A DNA stretch of 64,000 bases from assembly GCA_014905635.1 (NCBI GenBank), contig JABVCE010000009.1:806001-870000 (forward strand), written 5' to 3'. The notes under the pieces were generated by a model. That model was not told the origin of the DNA and searched no databases. It saw nothing but the letters and a program-made list of their open reading frames with translations. The stretch is from Scenedesmus sp. PABB004 (lineage: Eukaryota). Shown piece by piece: positions 1 to 12,300 of this stretch. The translations under genes and the position numbers were made by a program. Within the stretch, counting starts at the first letter, position 1. Each line of letters opens with the position of its first letter.

Positions 1-1681
1 CGGGGCGCGGCGAGGCGCGGCGGCAGCGCTGCCGCGCGCGCCCGGACGCATGTGCGCGCGCTCGGGCGCGCCGCCCCCGCTCGCCTGGGGGATGGCCGTG
101 GCGAGGGAGAGGTTGACGACGCGGATTCCGTGGGAGCGGCCAAACTGCGCGGCCCACGCGAGCGCGCTGAGCACCGCGCTCAGCGGCGCGGTGACGCCGT
201 CGTTGGAGACCTTGAGGCTCCACAGCCCCACGCCGGGCGACACGCCGACCGTGCCGGCGCCGTTGTTGCGCGCGCCCGCGACGCCCGCGACCGCGGTGCC
301 GTGCCCGCCCGCGTCGACGCCGGCGTCGTCCGCCGCTGGGTAGTCAGGCGTGGGCGCGAGCCAGCTCAGCCCGGCCACGTAGTTCAGGTCGGGGTGGCTC
401 GCGTCCACGCCGCAGTCGACGACCGCGACGCACACGCGCGCCGCCGGCGGCACCGCGCCCACGTCGGCGACGCGGCCGCCCGCCGCCGCGCCGATCGCCT
501 CGACGCCCGCCGGCACGAGCTCGCCCGGCAGCACGCGCGCCTTGGGCATCACGCGCGCCTGCCCCGGCGCCGCCGCGCCGCCGCCGGCGCCAGCGCCTGC
601 GCCGTCGGCGCCGTCGAGCGCGGCGCCGCCCGCGCCGGCCAGCGGCGGCAGGCACGCGGTGTCGGTCAGCCCGCCGCGCAGCAGCAGGCCCGGGGGGACG
701 CCGCAGCTGCCAAACAGCTGGTACTCGCGCCGCAGCGCGAGCGCCGCCTCGGCGCCGCCCATGGCGGTGGCGCCGTCGCCGCCCGCCTCGGCCGCCGCGG
801 TCGACGCGAGCGCGCAGCCGCCCGGCGTGGCCGCGCGCACCCAGCGCACGTGCGCGCCGCCAGGGCCGCAGCGCACGCCGGTGTAGGTCAGCTCGGCCGC
901 GGCCTCGTCGCCGCACGCCACCGGCGCCGACAGCGCCATGCGCGCCGTCACGGTGGCGGCGGGCGCCGGCGCGCCGCCGCCGGCCGCGCCGCCGGCCTCG
1001 CCGCCGCCGGCGCCGGCGCCGCCGGAGAAGCAGGGCTGCCCCGGCGCGGCGCAGATGCGCGTCGGCAGGCCGGGCGCGTGCCCAGGCGCGGCGCCGCAGC
1101 CGGCGCCAAACACGCGCCGCGTCCACGCGCGGTTGGCCGGGTCGGGCAGCAGCACGCACGGCGCGCCGTCCTCGGCGGCCGCGAGCTCGCCGCCGTCGCG
1201 CGACACCGCGAGCAGCGCCGTGAAGCGCACCTGCCGCAGGCCCTCGCCGCAGCGCTCGCCCGCCCACAGCAGGCGCGTCCCGGCGCCGTGGCAGCCGGGC
1301 CAGGCAAAGCCGGGCCCCGGCACCGCGGGCACGCCGCGGGCGAGGCTCGCCACGCGCGCGCAGCCCTCAAACGTCGGGTCCGTGCCGTTGTCGGGCGGCG
1401 GGGCGTCGCCGCCGCCGCCGTCGCCGGCGGCCGGCCGGCCCCCGCGCGGCACGCGCAGGAGCAGGTCGGGGACGACCGCGCGCACGCGCGCGTGCGCGGC
1501 CACCAGCGCCGCCGCCTCGGCGGAACAGAGCACCACAAACGCGCGCAGGGGCGGCGGCGGCGCGCCGCCGGCGCCGCCGGCGGCGGCGCGCCGCGGCTCG
1601 CCTGCGGCGGCGCGCCGATCGTGCTCACGTACGTCGGCGCCGCCGCGCCCGCTGGCGCCGCCGCTGCGGCGCTTGTGCCGG

Positions 1682-1716
<35 letters not shown>

Positions 1717-2094
1717 GAGTTGGCCGCGAGCGCCGCCGCGACGTCGCGCAGGATGCGCTGCGCCTCGGCGGCCACGTCGCTCACGGCGGCGGGGCTGCGC
1801 AGCGCGACGATGTAGCGCTGCGGCAGCGCCGCGCCTGGCGGGCGGCGGCGTGTGTGGGGAGGATGATGGGGCGTGGGGCGCAGCCGGGCGCCGCCGCAGC
1901 AGCAGGCGCGCCGCTGCCGCCGGGCGCGCGCCCCCGCGGCGCGCGGCGCCGGGCCGCGGCTGCCGCCGCTCACCGCTGGGCTGCGTCGCCGCGACCGCTG
2001 CGCCCGCCGCGGCCGCCAGCAGGGCCAGCAGCAGCGCGCAGGCCGCCGGCCGCCGCGGCGCGCGGCGCTGCCCGGCTGCAGGTGCGCCCCGCAT
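1..2094 (-). CDS. Secreted subtilisin-like serine protease (S8) with I9-type propeptide; 3' end lies outside the window
   Basis: The ATG at 2094 gives a signal peptide (ACALLLALLAAAAGAAVAA) followed by a GTGAG intron. Propeptide motifs QRYIVAL and AHARVRAVVPD follow. The catalytic Asp motif VCVAVVDCGVDASHPDL (~435-385), the His motif GHGTAVAGVAGA (~310-275) and IRVVNLSL are present. The Ser motif is not in the window. A frame change between ~1730 and 1548 needs a non-canonical intron or an indel. Confidence 0.85.
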
Positions 2095-2712
2095 CGCCGA
2101 TGCGCCGCCGTGGTTCGGCGGGTGTGCCAAGGTGTCTGCGCGCCCTGATTTGGGAGCGCCGAGCCGGCGCGCGCGCCCGCGGGCAAACTAGAGGTGGGGA
2201 TGGAAGAACGCGCCCGTGCGGCCGCTGGGCGCGCGGCGCGGTCCTGGCTTGGTGTTGTCGCAGGCGGCGGCCCTCAATGCTAGCTAACAAACACGTACTC
2301 GTGGCCCCGGCAGGTTTTGGCGCGCGGCAGCGGTCCCGGCGCGGCGGCGCGGCGGCGCCGCGTGTGAGAAGGCGCCCCACGGGCTGACGCGGTGAGGCAG
2401 AACTGAGTGGCCTGGTGCGGTAGGCCCGGTCTGTCAGCAGGGCGCAGCGGCGCCGCCGCGGCGCGACGGGCAGCGGCGACGCGTGTGTCTGTTCGGCCAA
2501 ACCGCCGCCGGCCGCTCTGCTCCGCCGCGGCGCCGCATGGGCTCCGCACATCGCCCACAGGCTCCCGGTGCTCGCAGGCGCCGCTTTCGCGCCAGTGCGT
2601 GCATCAGCCCTAGCAGAGCAGCAGCAGCAGCAACTCCCGCGCCACACAGCGCCGCTCTCGCGAGTCGCGCTCGGTCTCGATCGCGTGACCCGAGCGCTGC
2701 GGCGGCGCTGCG

Positions 2713-5324
2713 ATGCTCGCGCTGGCGCCGGCACCGCTGGGCGGCGGCCTGGGCGCCCGCACGCGCAGCCGCGCCCGTTCCAGGCTGTCGCGGAGGTGCG
2801 GGCAGCGCGCACGGGGCGGCGCAGTGCTTGCAGGGCCGGGAGCGCGCGGCGCCGGCCGCGCGCGCGCGCCGACAGCAGCATCCCGCGCCCTGCCGCCGCG
2901 CCCGCCGCCAGGCCGCCCGTCATCGTCGCCGTGGCCACGCCCGCGACCAACGGGTGCGCGCGCGCGGGCGGGCGGCCGCCGCCGCCGGCGCGCCGGCGCG
3001 GCCGCGACAGCGCGCGGCGGTCAGCTCGCGCCGAGAGCCCCGCCCGCGCCGCCGCGCGCCGCCGCCGCAGCAGCGGGCGCAGCAGCAGCCGGCCCGCCAC
3101 GCCCAGCCGGCCGCCGCCGCCGGCGCCGGAGACGATCGACACGTGCCGGCTCTTCGTCGATCGCGACGGCGAGGTCATCCGCGTGATGTGCTGCGACTAC
3201 GGCTTTCGCGCCGGCGCGGGTCGCCTCTACCAGCAGCAGTACGGCGAGGTGCCGGACAACGTCTTCGCCATGGTGCGCGCTGCTGCTGCGCCGCGGCGTG
3301 CGGCGCGCCCGGCGGCCGGCGGGCGCGGCGGGCGGCCGCCCACGCGGCGGCGGCGGCGGCGGCCGCGCGCCGCCGCAGGCGGGCGCCAACTTTGGGCACG
3401 AGCTGTCGGCGCTGCGGCGGTCGTTCCGGTTCAACGAGTACAGGGAGATGGCCACGCCGCGCAACCCCGTGGCAAAGGCGCGCCGCGGCGGCGGCGCGCA
3501 CGCGCGCGGGCGGGCGAACACCAGCGCGCGGCGGCGCGCCCGCGCCGACGCGCCGGCGCCGACGCGCCCGCGCCGACGCGCCCGCGCCGACGCCCGCTGC
3601 GCGCGCGCCCGCAGCTCGCCGGCGCGGCGGGCGCCGCGGTCGCGCGCGGGCTCGCCGCCGCCGACGTGTGGCTGGAGAAGGCGGGCGCGCTGCCGGAGCT
3701 CAAGCCCCTCGAGGTGCCGCAGGAGGTCGCGGACGAGCACGGCGAGCTGAGCGAGGAGTGCAAGGAGGTGCGGGGCCGGGCCCGGCGCACCACCGCCGGC
3801 GCGCCGCCGCGCCGCGCCGCCGCGCCGACGCGCTGCATGTTCGCCGCCCGCCGCGCGCGCGCAGATCCGCGACAAGCTGCGCAAGCTGGTGCTGAACGAC
3901 GCCGACGTGTGGGCGCGCGAGGAGGCGCGCAAGGCCAAGACGGGCGACGTGCTCGCGCCGTGGTTCATCAAGGCGCCCTTCTGGGCGCTCTGCGTCATGC
4001 TCGACGCCTGCTTCGCCAACCGGTGCGCGCGGCGCGCGCGGGCGCAGTGCGGGCGCTTGCCACACGCACGCACGCACACGCGCCGGCACACACGCCCCCA
4101 CCGCGCGCCGCGCCGCGCTGCCGCCGCCGCCGTCGCCGTCGCCGCCGTCGCCGCCGCCGCCGCCGACACCCTCTCCTCCCGCGCTGCGCCGCGCCCGCGC
4201 GCCGCGCCCTCTCCTCCCCCAGCCCCATCCAGCGGTTCTGGGTGCTCGAGACCGTCGCGCGCATCCCCTACTTTGCCTACATCTCAATCCTCCACCTCTA
4301 CGAGTCCCTCGGCTTCTGGCGCGCCGGCGCGGAGCTGCGCCGCGTGCACTTTGCGGAGGAGTGGAACGAGCTGCACCACCTGCAGGCGCGACCGCGGCGC
4401 GGCCGGCCGGCCGGCCCTCCGCCGCCGCCGCCCACCGCTCGCCCACCCGCCTGCGCCCATGCCTCACGTCACACCTCACCACCTCACCACCTCACGCCTC
4501 GCACCTCGCACACCTCGCACACCTCGCACACCGCATCGCGCCCCCCAGATCATGGAGTCGCTCGGCGGCGACCAGCTCTGGTTTGACCGCTTCCTCGCGC
4601 AGCACGCCGCGCTCGCCTACTACTGGGTGCTGATCGCCATGTACCTCTTCTCGCCGCGCCTCGCGTACGCGTTCAGCGAGCTCGTCGAGCTGCACGCGGC
4701 CGACACGTACGAGGAGTTCGTCGCGGCCAACGCGCACGCGCTCGCGGGCCTGCCGCCGCCGCTCGTCGCGGCGGCGTACTACCGCGACGCCGACCTCTAC
4801 ATGGTGCGCCTTGCGCGCCCTGTGTGCCCCGCGCCCTGCGGCACACGTGTTGCGTGCCCTGCGCCCCGCGCCGTGCGGCACATGCCGCCATGCAGGCGCG
4901 GCGTGCGGCGGCGGGCGGAGGCGGCCTGGGCTGGGCGCGGCCGGCCGGCCAGCGCGCCGCCCACGCGCGCCCCACGCCCGCGCCCGGCCGCGCCCGCGCA
5001 GTTTGACGAGCTGCAGACGTGCAGCGGGCCCGGCGCGCCGCTGCGCCGGCCGCCGTGCAACAGCCTGCTGGACGTGTTTGAAAACATCCGCGACGACGAG
5101 GTGGAGCACGTCAAGACCATGCACGCCTGCCAGGTGCGCGGCGGCCGCCGGCGTCACGTGCCGCGCCGCGCGCGCCGCGTGGGCGCAGGGGCGGTCCGTC
5201 CTGCGCGCGGCCGGCTCAGCGCGGCCCCTCCGCCCCTGCCTCTCCGCAGGACACCAAGCGCATCGCGGCCGACCTCGCCGGCCGGCGTAAGAGCTTGGCG
5301 GCGGAGGGGCTGTCGCGCGAGTAG
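2713..5324 (+). CDS. PTOX: Plastid terminal oxidase (AOX/PTOX di-iron family), multi-exon
   Basis: Spliced motifs: [60 protein letters not shown] and [15 protein letters not shown]. The N-terminus from ATG 2713 looks like a transit peptide, but the start is uncertain. Stop is TAG at 5322-5324. Confidence 0.93.
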
Positions 5325-5761
5325 CGCGCGGCAGGACACGCAGCGCGCGCGGCAGGGACGCACAGCATTCTTTCTAACGCCCACAGAGATGGTGTGAACT
5401 ATACTTGGTGCCTGGGTGCGCGGTGCGTCCGGGGCGGGGTGACGACCGCCACGCGGCCGCAGCCGCCGCGCGCTGAACATCGGCGATAAATATCTGAGCA
5501 TGTCAGCGAGCACAGGCGCGCGATCGCCCCCGCTGAACGGGCCTCGTGAAGCCTCCCGGCCCTTCGAAGCGCGCTGCGTGCACAGATCGGGGGCCGTGCG
5601 AGCCTGGCGAGGTGACGAGGCGCGGTCGGTCCCCTCGCGCGTCCGGTCGGCCCCAGACCTTGCCACGCGCCCAAGCCGTCAGTCGGGCGCCTTCCAAGGC
5701 TTTAGGCATACCGAGCGGCCGCGCGATCTGGCAGCAGACGGCGGCGGCGGCAGCGGCGGCT

Positions 5762-7447
5762 ATGCCAGCGGCAGCGGCGGCTATGCCAGCAGCGCAGGCT
5801 GCGCGCTGGCCGGCGGCGCGCGCCTGGGCGCCCCTGGCGCCCGGCGCTGCCCCCCGGAGGCTGCTGCGCAGCCGTCCTTGCGCAGTCAGCGGCACCAGCA
5901 GGCCGGTGGAGGGCTGCGCGGCGGGCGACGTGATCGAGCTGCTGCTCAGCGGCCCGGACGGCGGGCGGGCGTACGTTGAGGTGGGCCGCGGCGGAGTGCC
6001 GCGGCCATCCCCACCCCACCCCCTCCCACCCGCACACACCGGCCGCACCTGCGGCAGGTGCTGACCGGCTGGGCGCCGGCCGAGGCCGCCTGCGAGGTGC
6101 TGTGGAAGGGCCAGCTGCTGCGCCTCGGCGGCGCGGGCGGGGACGGCGGGCTGCAGCTGTCCCGCCTCGGCGGCTACCCAGCCGCGACCAGCGCGACGGT
6201 CGCGGCCTTCCCGGAGCTCGCCGGCGTGCTGCCCAGCATGCACGCGCACGGAGGTGCGCGGCGGCGAGCTCATGCGCGGCCAGGCGCAGCGGCGAGGGCG
6301 TGCCGCGGCAGAGTGTGTGCTCGCTGCCGCCGCAGGCGACGTGCCGGCGGTGACGGGCGCGGCGGTGGTCGAGTCGCTGGGCGAGCTGCTGGCGCAGGTG
6401 GACGCCGACGCAGCGTTCTGGTGAGCCGATTGCGCGGTCGGCACGCGCGCATGCCCTCAGCTGCAGCCGCGCCGGATCAGCCAGCAGGCGGCAGGGCTGG
6501 CCGCGACGCGCGGTCGGCCGCCACGCCCGCACCCGCCGCGCAGGCGCGACGGCCTCGCGCCGGGCGGGCCGATCAAGTCGGAGCTGCAGCAGGCCGTCTT
6601 TACGGCCGGCGAGCTCGGCGCGCTGCTCGCGGGCCAGCGCGGCGTGGTGCTGGTGCAGGCCTTCAACGGCTGGGACGCTGCCATGGGCCAACCCCTGTAC
6701 AACCCTCTCGCAATCACAATGCTCGAACGCGGTGCGGCGCGGCGCCGCAGCTGGGAGCTGGCGGCGCCGGCGCGGCGCCGCAGCGGCAGCCCGGGCGCGC
6801 GCCGGCGCGGACGGCCGGCGGCCGCCCCACTCGCGCCTCGCCGCTCGCAACGCCGCGCCGCAGCGGCGGCCGCGCCCGGCGTCGGCTGCGTCAGCTCGGT
6901 CGCGCCGGGCGGGGTCGGGCTCACGGCGATCCTGTATGCGGACCGCGAGCCCTTTGCGTCGTGGGCGCGCCACCTCGCGAGCTTTGGCTGCCAGAGCAAC
7001 GTGGTGGCCGGGTCGGTCTACTACAAGCTGTTGATCGGCCAGGTGCGGCCTGCTGCGCGGCGCCGCCGGGCGCGCCGTGCGCGCGCGCGCGTGCCGACCA
7101 CCGCGACGCCGCCGGCCAGCTGCTCGGGTACAAGCTGGAGAACGTGCTCGGCTACTGCGCGGCGAGCGGCGAGCCGGCGACGCCGCAGCTGCAGGCGCAG
7201 GTGCGCGGCCGCCGCCGCGGCGTGGCCGACGCCCGTGCGCAGCCGCGCCCCTCACGTGAGGGGCGCGCGCGTGCACGCGCGGCGCCGGGCCTGCGCTGAC
7301 CCGACCCAGGTGGCGGCTGACATACGGAAGTTGAGCAAGGTCAAGGCCAAGCTCCCTTGGAGCGCGGGCGACAAGGCGCGCAAGCCCAAGACCGGGGCGG
7401 CGGGGGGCCGGGCCGCGGCGGGCGGCGGGTTTGGGGCCAAGAAGTGA
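5762..7447 (+). CDS. Hypothetical protein, probably plastid-targeted, multi-exon
   Basis: An Ala/Arg-rich N-terminus is followed by globular-looking exons with GT-AG junctions (GDVIELLLSGPDGG, VLVQAFNGWDAAMGQPLYNPLA, YYKLLIGQ|LLGYKLENV). The protein ends in GGGFGAKK*. I do not recognise the family. Confidence 0.7.
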
Positions 7448-7548
7448 CGCGCGCGGCCGAGTGCGCGTGGTTACCGTGCGTGCCCTTGCGCAGCCGCAAC
7501 ACAGGGCTGCGCGCGCCAGCCTCGTGCCCGAGCTCATTTCCACGCAGC

Positions 7549-9042
7549 TCAGCTCAACGAGCTCGTCGCGCTGCTGCCGCCGCTCCCCGGCTCCTCCGGG
7601 CTGCTGCTGCCGCTGCTCGCCGCGCCGCCCGCTGGCGGTGCCGGCGTCGTGCTGCTGCCGCTCCCCCCGCTCGCCCCGCCCCCGCCGCTGCCCGGCGCCG
7701 CCGAGGAGCGTGCGACGCTGTCAAAGGCGCGGCGGATCTCGTCGGGCGACGACGTGACCGTCACCCTGGGCAGCGCGGGCGCCTTGGGCGCGCGCGGGGC
7801 CAGCTCCTCGTCGTCCGGGACGGAGCCCGGGAACAGCAGCAGCTGCACGGTCAGGGCTGCGCGGCGCGGCGCGGCGCGCGGGGGCGGGCGGCGGTCGGCC
7901 GCGGCGCGGCGGGCGCGGGCGGCGGTCGCCGTCGCTGGCGCGCGCCGGGCGCGGCGCGGCGCGGCGCGCTCGCCTGCGAGGCCCAGGCCATTAGCGCTGA
8001 AGATGAATGTGGCCAGGTAGAGCAACCCAACGATGATGGTCCGCACGGTGATGGCGATGTTGGCCGCCTGCGCCGCCCGCCAGCGGCGCCGGGGGCGCGG
8101 CGGCCCGGCGTGAGCGCGCCGGGCGGCGCGGCCGCGCGGCGCGGCGCGCCCCGGCGCGCCGTCGGCGGCCCGCGCGCCGCACCGTGTAGCCGGCGGGCAG
8201 GTCCTGGGCGCTGATGATGGCCTCGGTCTTGCTCGTGAACAGGAACAGGCCAGCCGCGATCGCGAGCGCCTGCGCCGCGCCGCTGCGGGGCGGGCGCGCG
8301 GCGGGGTGCGTCGGCGCGGCTGCGCCGCGCGCGCGCACGGCGGCCGCTGACCGGCCGCCGCCCCGCCGGCCGCTCACATGAGGGTGGCCAGCGGCGTGAG
8401 CTTCGGCTTCTCCTTGCCCTCCGTCGCCTTCTCAATCTGCGCGGCCAGGGCACGGCGGCCGCGTGTGCGCCGGGCAGCGCCGCCGTGGTGGCCCCCCACA
8501 GCGCGCGCGCGCGCGCGTGGGCGGCGGCGCACCAGCTTGGTGAACACCGTCGTCACGGGGCCCTGCCCCGCGAGCCGCTCCTCGCGCGCCTTGCGCGCGC
8601 GCCGGTTGAGCACGCGCGTGAGGAAGTAGAGCAGCAGCCCGATGTACGCCGCGCCGCTGAGCGTCTTCACCAGGCCCTCGCCCTGGCTGGGGTCGTAGGC
8701 CAGGCCGCCGCCCTCCGCCGCCGCGAGCGCGGGCAGCGGCGCCGCTGCGCCGGCGGCCGCCGCCGCGCCCGCCGCGAGCAGCAGCTGCCACTGCAGGCGC
8801 TCCGAAAGCTGCGCCGGCGCGTCACGCTGCGCTGGCGCCACCGCCGCCGGCTGGCCGTCGAGCGCCTGGCGCAGGGCGGCGAGGGAGGCGATGCCGCGCG
8901 TGCGCGGGCAAATTGCCGCGCCGGCTGGCCGCCGCGCGACCGCAGGCGTGGCGCAATGCGTGGGAAGATTGGCAAAGCAGCTGCAGGATGAGCGCGGGCG
9001 GCCCGCGCTCGCGCTGCGCGCGCCGACGCCCGCGCGAAGCAT
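7549..9042 (-). CDS. DUF3082-family membrane protein, probably thylakoid
   Basis: Transit-peptide-like N-terminus. Hydrophobic segments include GAAYIGLLLYFLTRVLNRRA, ALAIAAGLFLFT and IAITVRTIIVGLLYLATFIFSANGLGL; the last matches the DUF3082 signature as I recall it. Confidence 0.75.
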
Positions 9043-9342
9043 GGCGCACGCCGCTGCTGCTGCTGCCGCCCTGGCGCGGTGAGTCGGCGGCGAGCACGGG
9101 AGGCTGTCGGTCGCTGTGGTGCGATCGCCAACTCGCGCCCGCTGTGGGCGCTCAAGCTGGCCAGCGGCGCGGCGGGCGGGCGGCGGCGCGTTGCGGCGCT
9201 TCAGGGCCTGGGGCTGCTGGGCCCGGCCCTGGGCTCCTGAACGGCCTGGCGGTCTCAGCTCATGCAGGACAGCACGGCGCCGCAAGCCGCCGTGCCGCAC
9301 CGTGCGGCCCGCGCCGCGCCGGTCAGCGCTCGCAGAGCGGCG

Positions 9343-12300
9343 ATGGCGCCGCTCGCGACTGTTGCCGCTCGGCCTGAGCACGCCAGCCTCGTGGCGGCCT
9401 TCTTGGGCGGCCGACGGTGGGGCCGCCGGCCGCGCGGGGGCGCGGGCCGCGCGACGCGCGCTGCTTACGCCATCGCCGCTGTCGCCGCCTCCGCTGTCGG
9501 CGCGCGGCAGGGGCGCGGAAGAGGCGCGCCAGCTGTGAGCGCGCGCGTGCGCCGCCGCCGCCTGCGGCCGCCAGCTCGGGGGCGGCCGCTCACTGTCTGA
9601 TGCCACCACGCGCGCGCAGGCCGCACCGCCTGCTGTCGGTGCTCGCAAGGGACACCGCCGGCGCTGTCGTCGGCTTCCTCTCGATGTGCGCAGGCGCCGA
9701 AGCCCGCGGCCCTGGCGCCTGCGCCCGCGCGCTCACGCGCGCGGACCGCCGACACCGCCGCCGCAGAGACGGCGCGCCCGCGGCGCCGTTTGGCGCGCCG
9801 CCGCCGCCGGGCGCGCTCGACGCGCTGGACGCGCCGGGCCTGGGCTACTCGCCGTCGACCACCGCGTTTGTGCACACGCTGCGCGTGGACGGCGCTGCGC
9901 ACGAGCAGGCGCGCACAAGCGCGCGCGCTGCAAGCCGCGCCGCCGGCGCGCGACCCGGCCCGGCCGCCCCGCTGCCGCGCGCAGGCCGCCGCGACGCGTC
10001 GGCTGCTGGCGGCGGCGTTTGTGGCGGTGCAGACGCTCGCGCACCTGCTACTGGCGCTGCCCGGCGGCGCCCCGCGCGAGCCGCCGTGCGGGCTGGCGGC
10101 GCGGGGGCTGTTCGCGCCCGTTTTTCACGCCGGCGGCGCCGGGGTGCGCCTCTATGCGTGCGGCCGGCGCGGCGCGCTGCCGCCGCTGCAGGTGCGGCGC
10201 GCGCGGGTGGAGGATCACGACGACCTGGCGCCCATCATCGCGGCGGCGGCGGCGGGGCCCTGGCCGTGCCTCGCGGCGCTGCCGGAGTCGTGCCGCCCCG
10301 GCGAGCCGTTTGCGCTCGCGCGCCTCGTGGCGGGCCAGGATGCCGACAGCGCGGTGCTGCTCGCGTGCGACGCCGAGGCGGGGCGCCCGGTCGGGCTGCT
10401 CGCGGCGACGTGCCTGGTTGACGCGCGGCTGCTGCACGAGGCGTTTGACGTGGCGCCCTTTGACGGCTTCATCGACCCTGAGGCCTTTGAGGCCTGCGAG
10501 GCCGCCGCGGCGCACGCGGCGGCCGAGCGCGCGGCGCAGGGCGCCGCCGCCGCGGACGGCGCGGCGGCGCCGCCGCCGACGGCAGAGGCTGTGCGGGAGC
10601 AGCTGCTGCCGCTGCTGGCGGCGGCGCTGGACGGCGGCGGGCGCCACCGCTTGCTGGCGGTGACCATGCTGTGCATGCTGCCGGGGCACGAGGCGCGCGC
10701 GCCCGAGCTGCTGGCGCCCGCGTTTGCAGCGCTGGCCGGCAGGGTGCGCGCTGCAGCGCCGCGCCGCGCGCCGCGCCGCACTGCGCTGCGCCCTGGGCTG
10801 GGTGGAGCCCGCACTGCGCCCCGGGCGGGGGGTCCCTAACAGCCACATCCGCGCTTGCAGGACTTTGCGGTGCTCGCGCTGCCCCACGACGCGCGCGAGC
10901 CGCCGATCGCGGCGGCCATGACCCGCCTGCCGCCGCTGCCGGGCGCTGGATTTCCAGACGCGCTCCTGCTCGCGCACCGCGCGGGCTGCGCCGACGCGGC
11001 CGCGCTGGGCTGGGAGGTGCGGCGCGCCGTGCCGGACGACGTCGTGGGCCTGGCCGGCCTCGTCGGCGGCTGCGACAGCGCGCTGGCGGTGCAGGAGGCA
11101 TTCCTGCACGCGCTGGGTGCGGCGGCGGAGGCCGGACGCGCGGGGCGCGCGGCCCGCGGCCCGCGGCCGGCGGGCCGACGACGTGCCCCCGCGCCGCCGC
11201 GCGCGAGCAGGCCGGCAGAGCGCGGTCGTCGCGCTTGTGCAGGGCGAGCTGGTGGGCGCGGCGGCGCTCGCGCCGAGCGTGGACCTGGGCCTGCTGCGCG
11301 CCAACTTTGCGCTGGACGGCGGCGACGCCGGCGACGGCGACGGCGACGCGGGGCACGCCGAGCTGGACGTGTGCGTGATCAACCCGATCTTTGCGCCCCG
11401 CGTGGGCGCGTTGCTCGCGGGCGCGCTGCAGCTGCTCGGCCGGACCACGCTGCACTACGCGCTGCTGCCGGGCCAGGCGGTGCCGGAGTGGCTCGGCGTG
11501 ATGCAGCCGCAGCGCCCGCGCGGCCGCAGCGCCGGCGGCCCGCCCGCCGAGTTTTCCTTGCACACCTTCACCAAGGCCATGGCGCACGCGCCGCGCCCCG
11601 CCGTCAACGCGCGGGTCGTCGTCGCGGGCGCGTCCGAGACGGGCCTGTCCTGCCTGTCCGCGCTGCTGGCCTCGCGGCGCGCGCGCTTCACAGGCTTGAC
11701 CCTGCTCGCGCCCGGCGGCGTCGGCGTCGGCGGGCCCGCGTGCGCGTGGCCGGCCGCCCGCGTGTCGCGCGCGGGCCTCGGCGCCGCGGTCACGGTCGTC
11801 GACGGCGCGGCGGCCGCGCTCGACGCCGGCCAGCGCGTGCTCACCCTCGACGACGGCAGCGCGCTGCCGTACGACGCGCTCGCCGTCGCCACGGGCCTGC
11901 AGGACCAGCTCGCCGCCGCCGTCGCGCTCGCCTTCCCCGACGCGGCGCACTGCATGCTGCCGGTGGAGGCGCTCCTGCGGCGCGGCGCGGTCGACGCCGG
12001 CGCCGCGGCGGGGCTGCGAAGCGTGCTGCTCTACGGCGCGTCGCTGGCGGCGCTCGACGCCGTCGCGGCGCTCGACGATGCCGGCGTGCCCGCAGGCGCG
12101 TGCCCGCGGGGCCGCGGCCGCGCGCCTGCACGCGCGCGCGGCCTGAGCCCCCGTGCGCGGCCTCATGAGCCCCGCGCCGCCGACGACGCCGCCGCCGCCG
12201 CCGCCGTGGTCCCGGCGCAGACGCGGTCACCTGGGTGTGCCCCGACGCGGAGCAGCAGGACCCGCTGCTCCCGCTGCTCGCCGCGCTCGCCGCGCACGCG

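Noticed and set aside
52..1815. 587-aa + strand ORF and the many other long Arg/Ala/Pro/Gly-rich ORFs in the track (e.g. 27713-30811, 47751-50690, 57435-59813)
   Set aside because: They are shadow frames caused by stop-codon scarcity at very high GC. They overlap genes with clear motifs on another frame or strand.
4465..4530. Short cacctc/cacctcgca repeats
   Set aside because: This is a low-complexity tract within the PTOX intron with no evidence of function.
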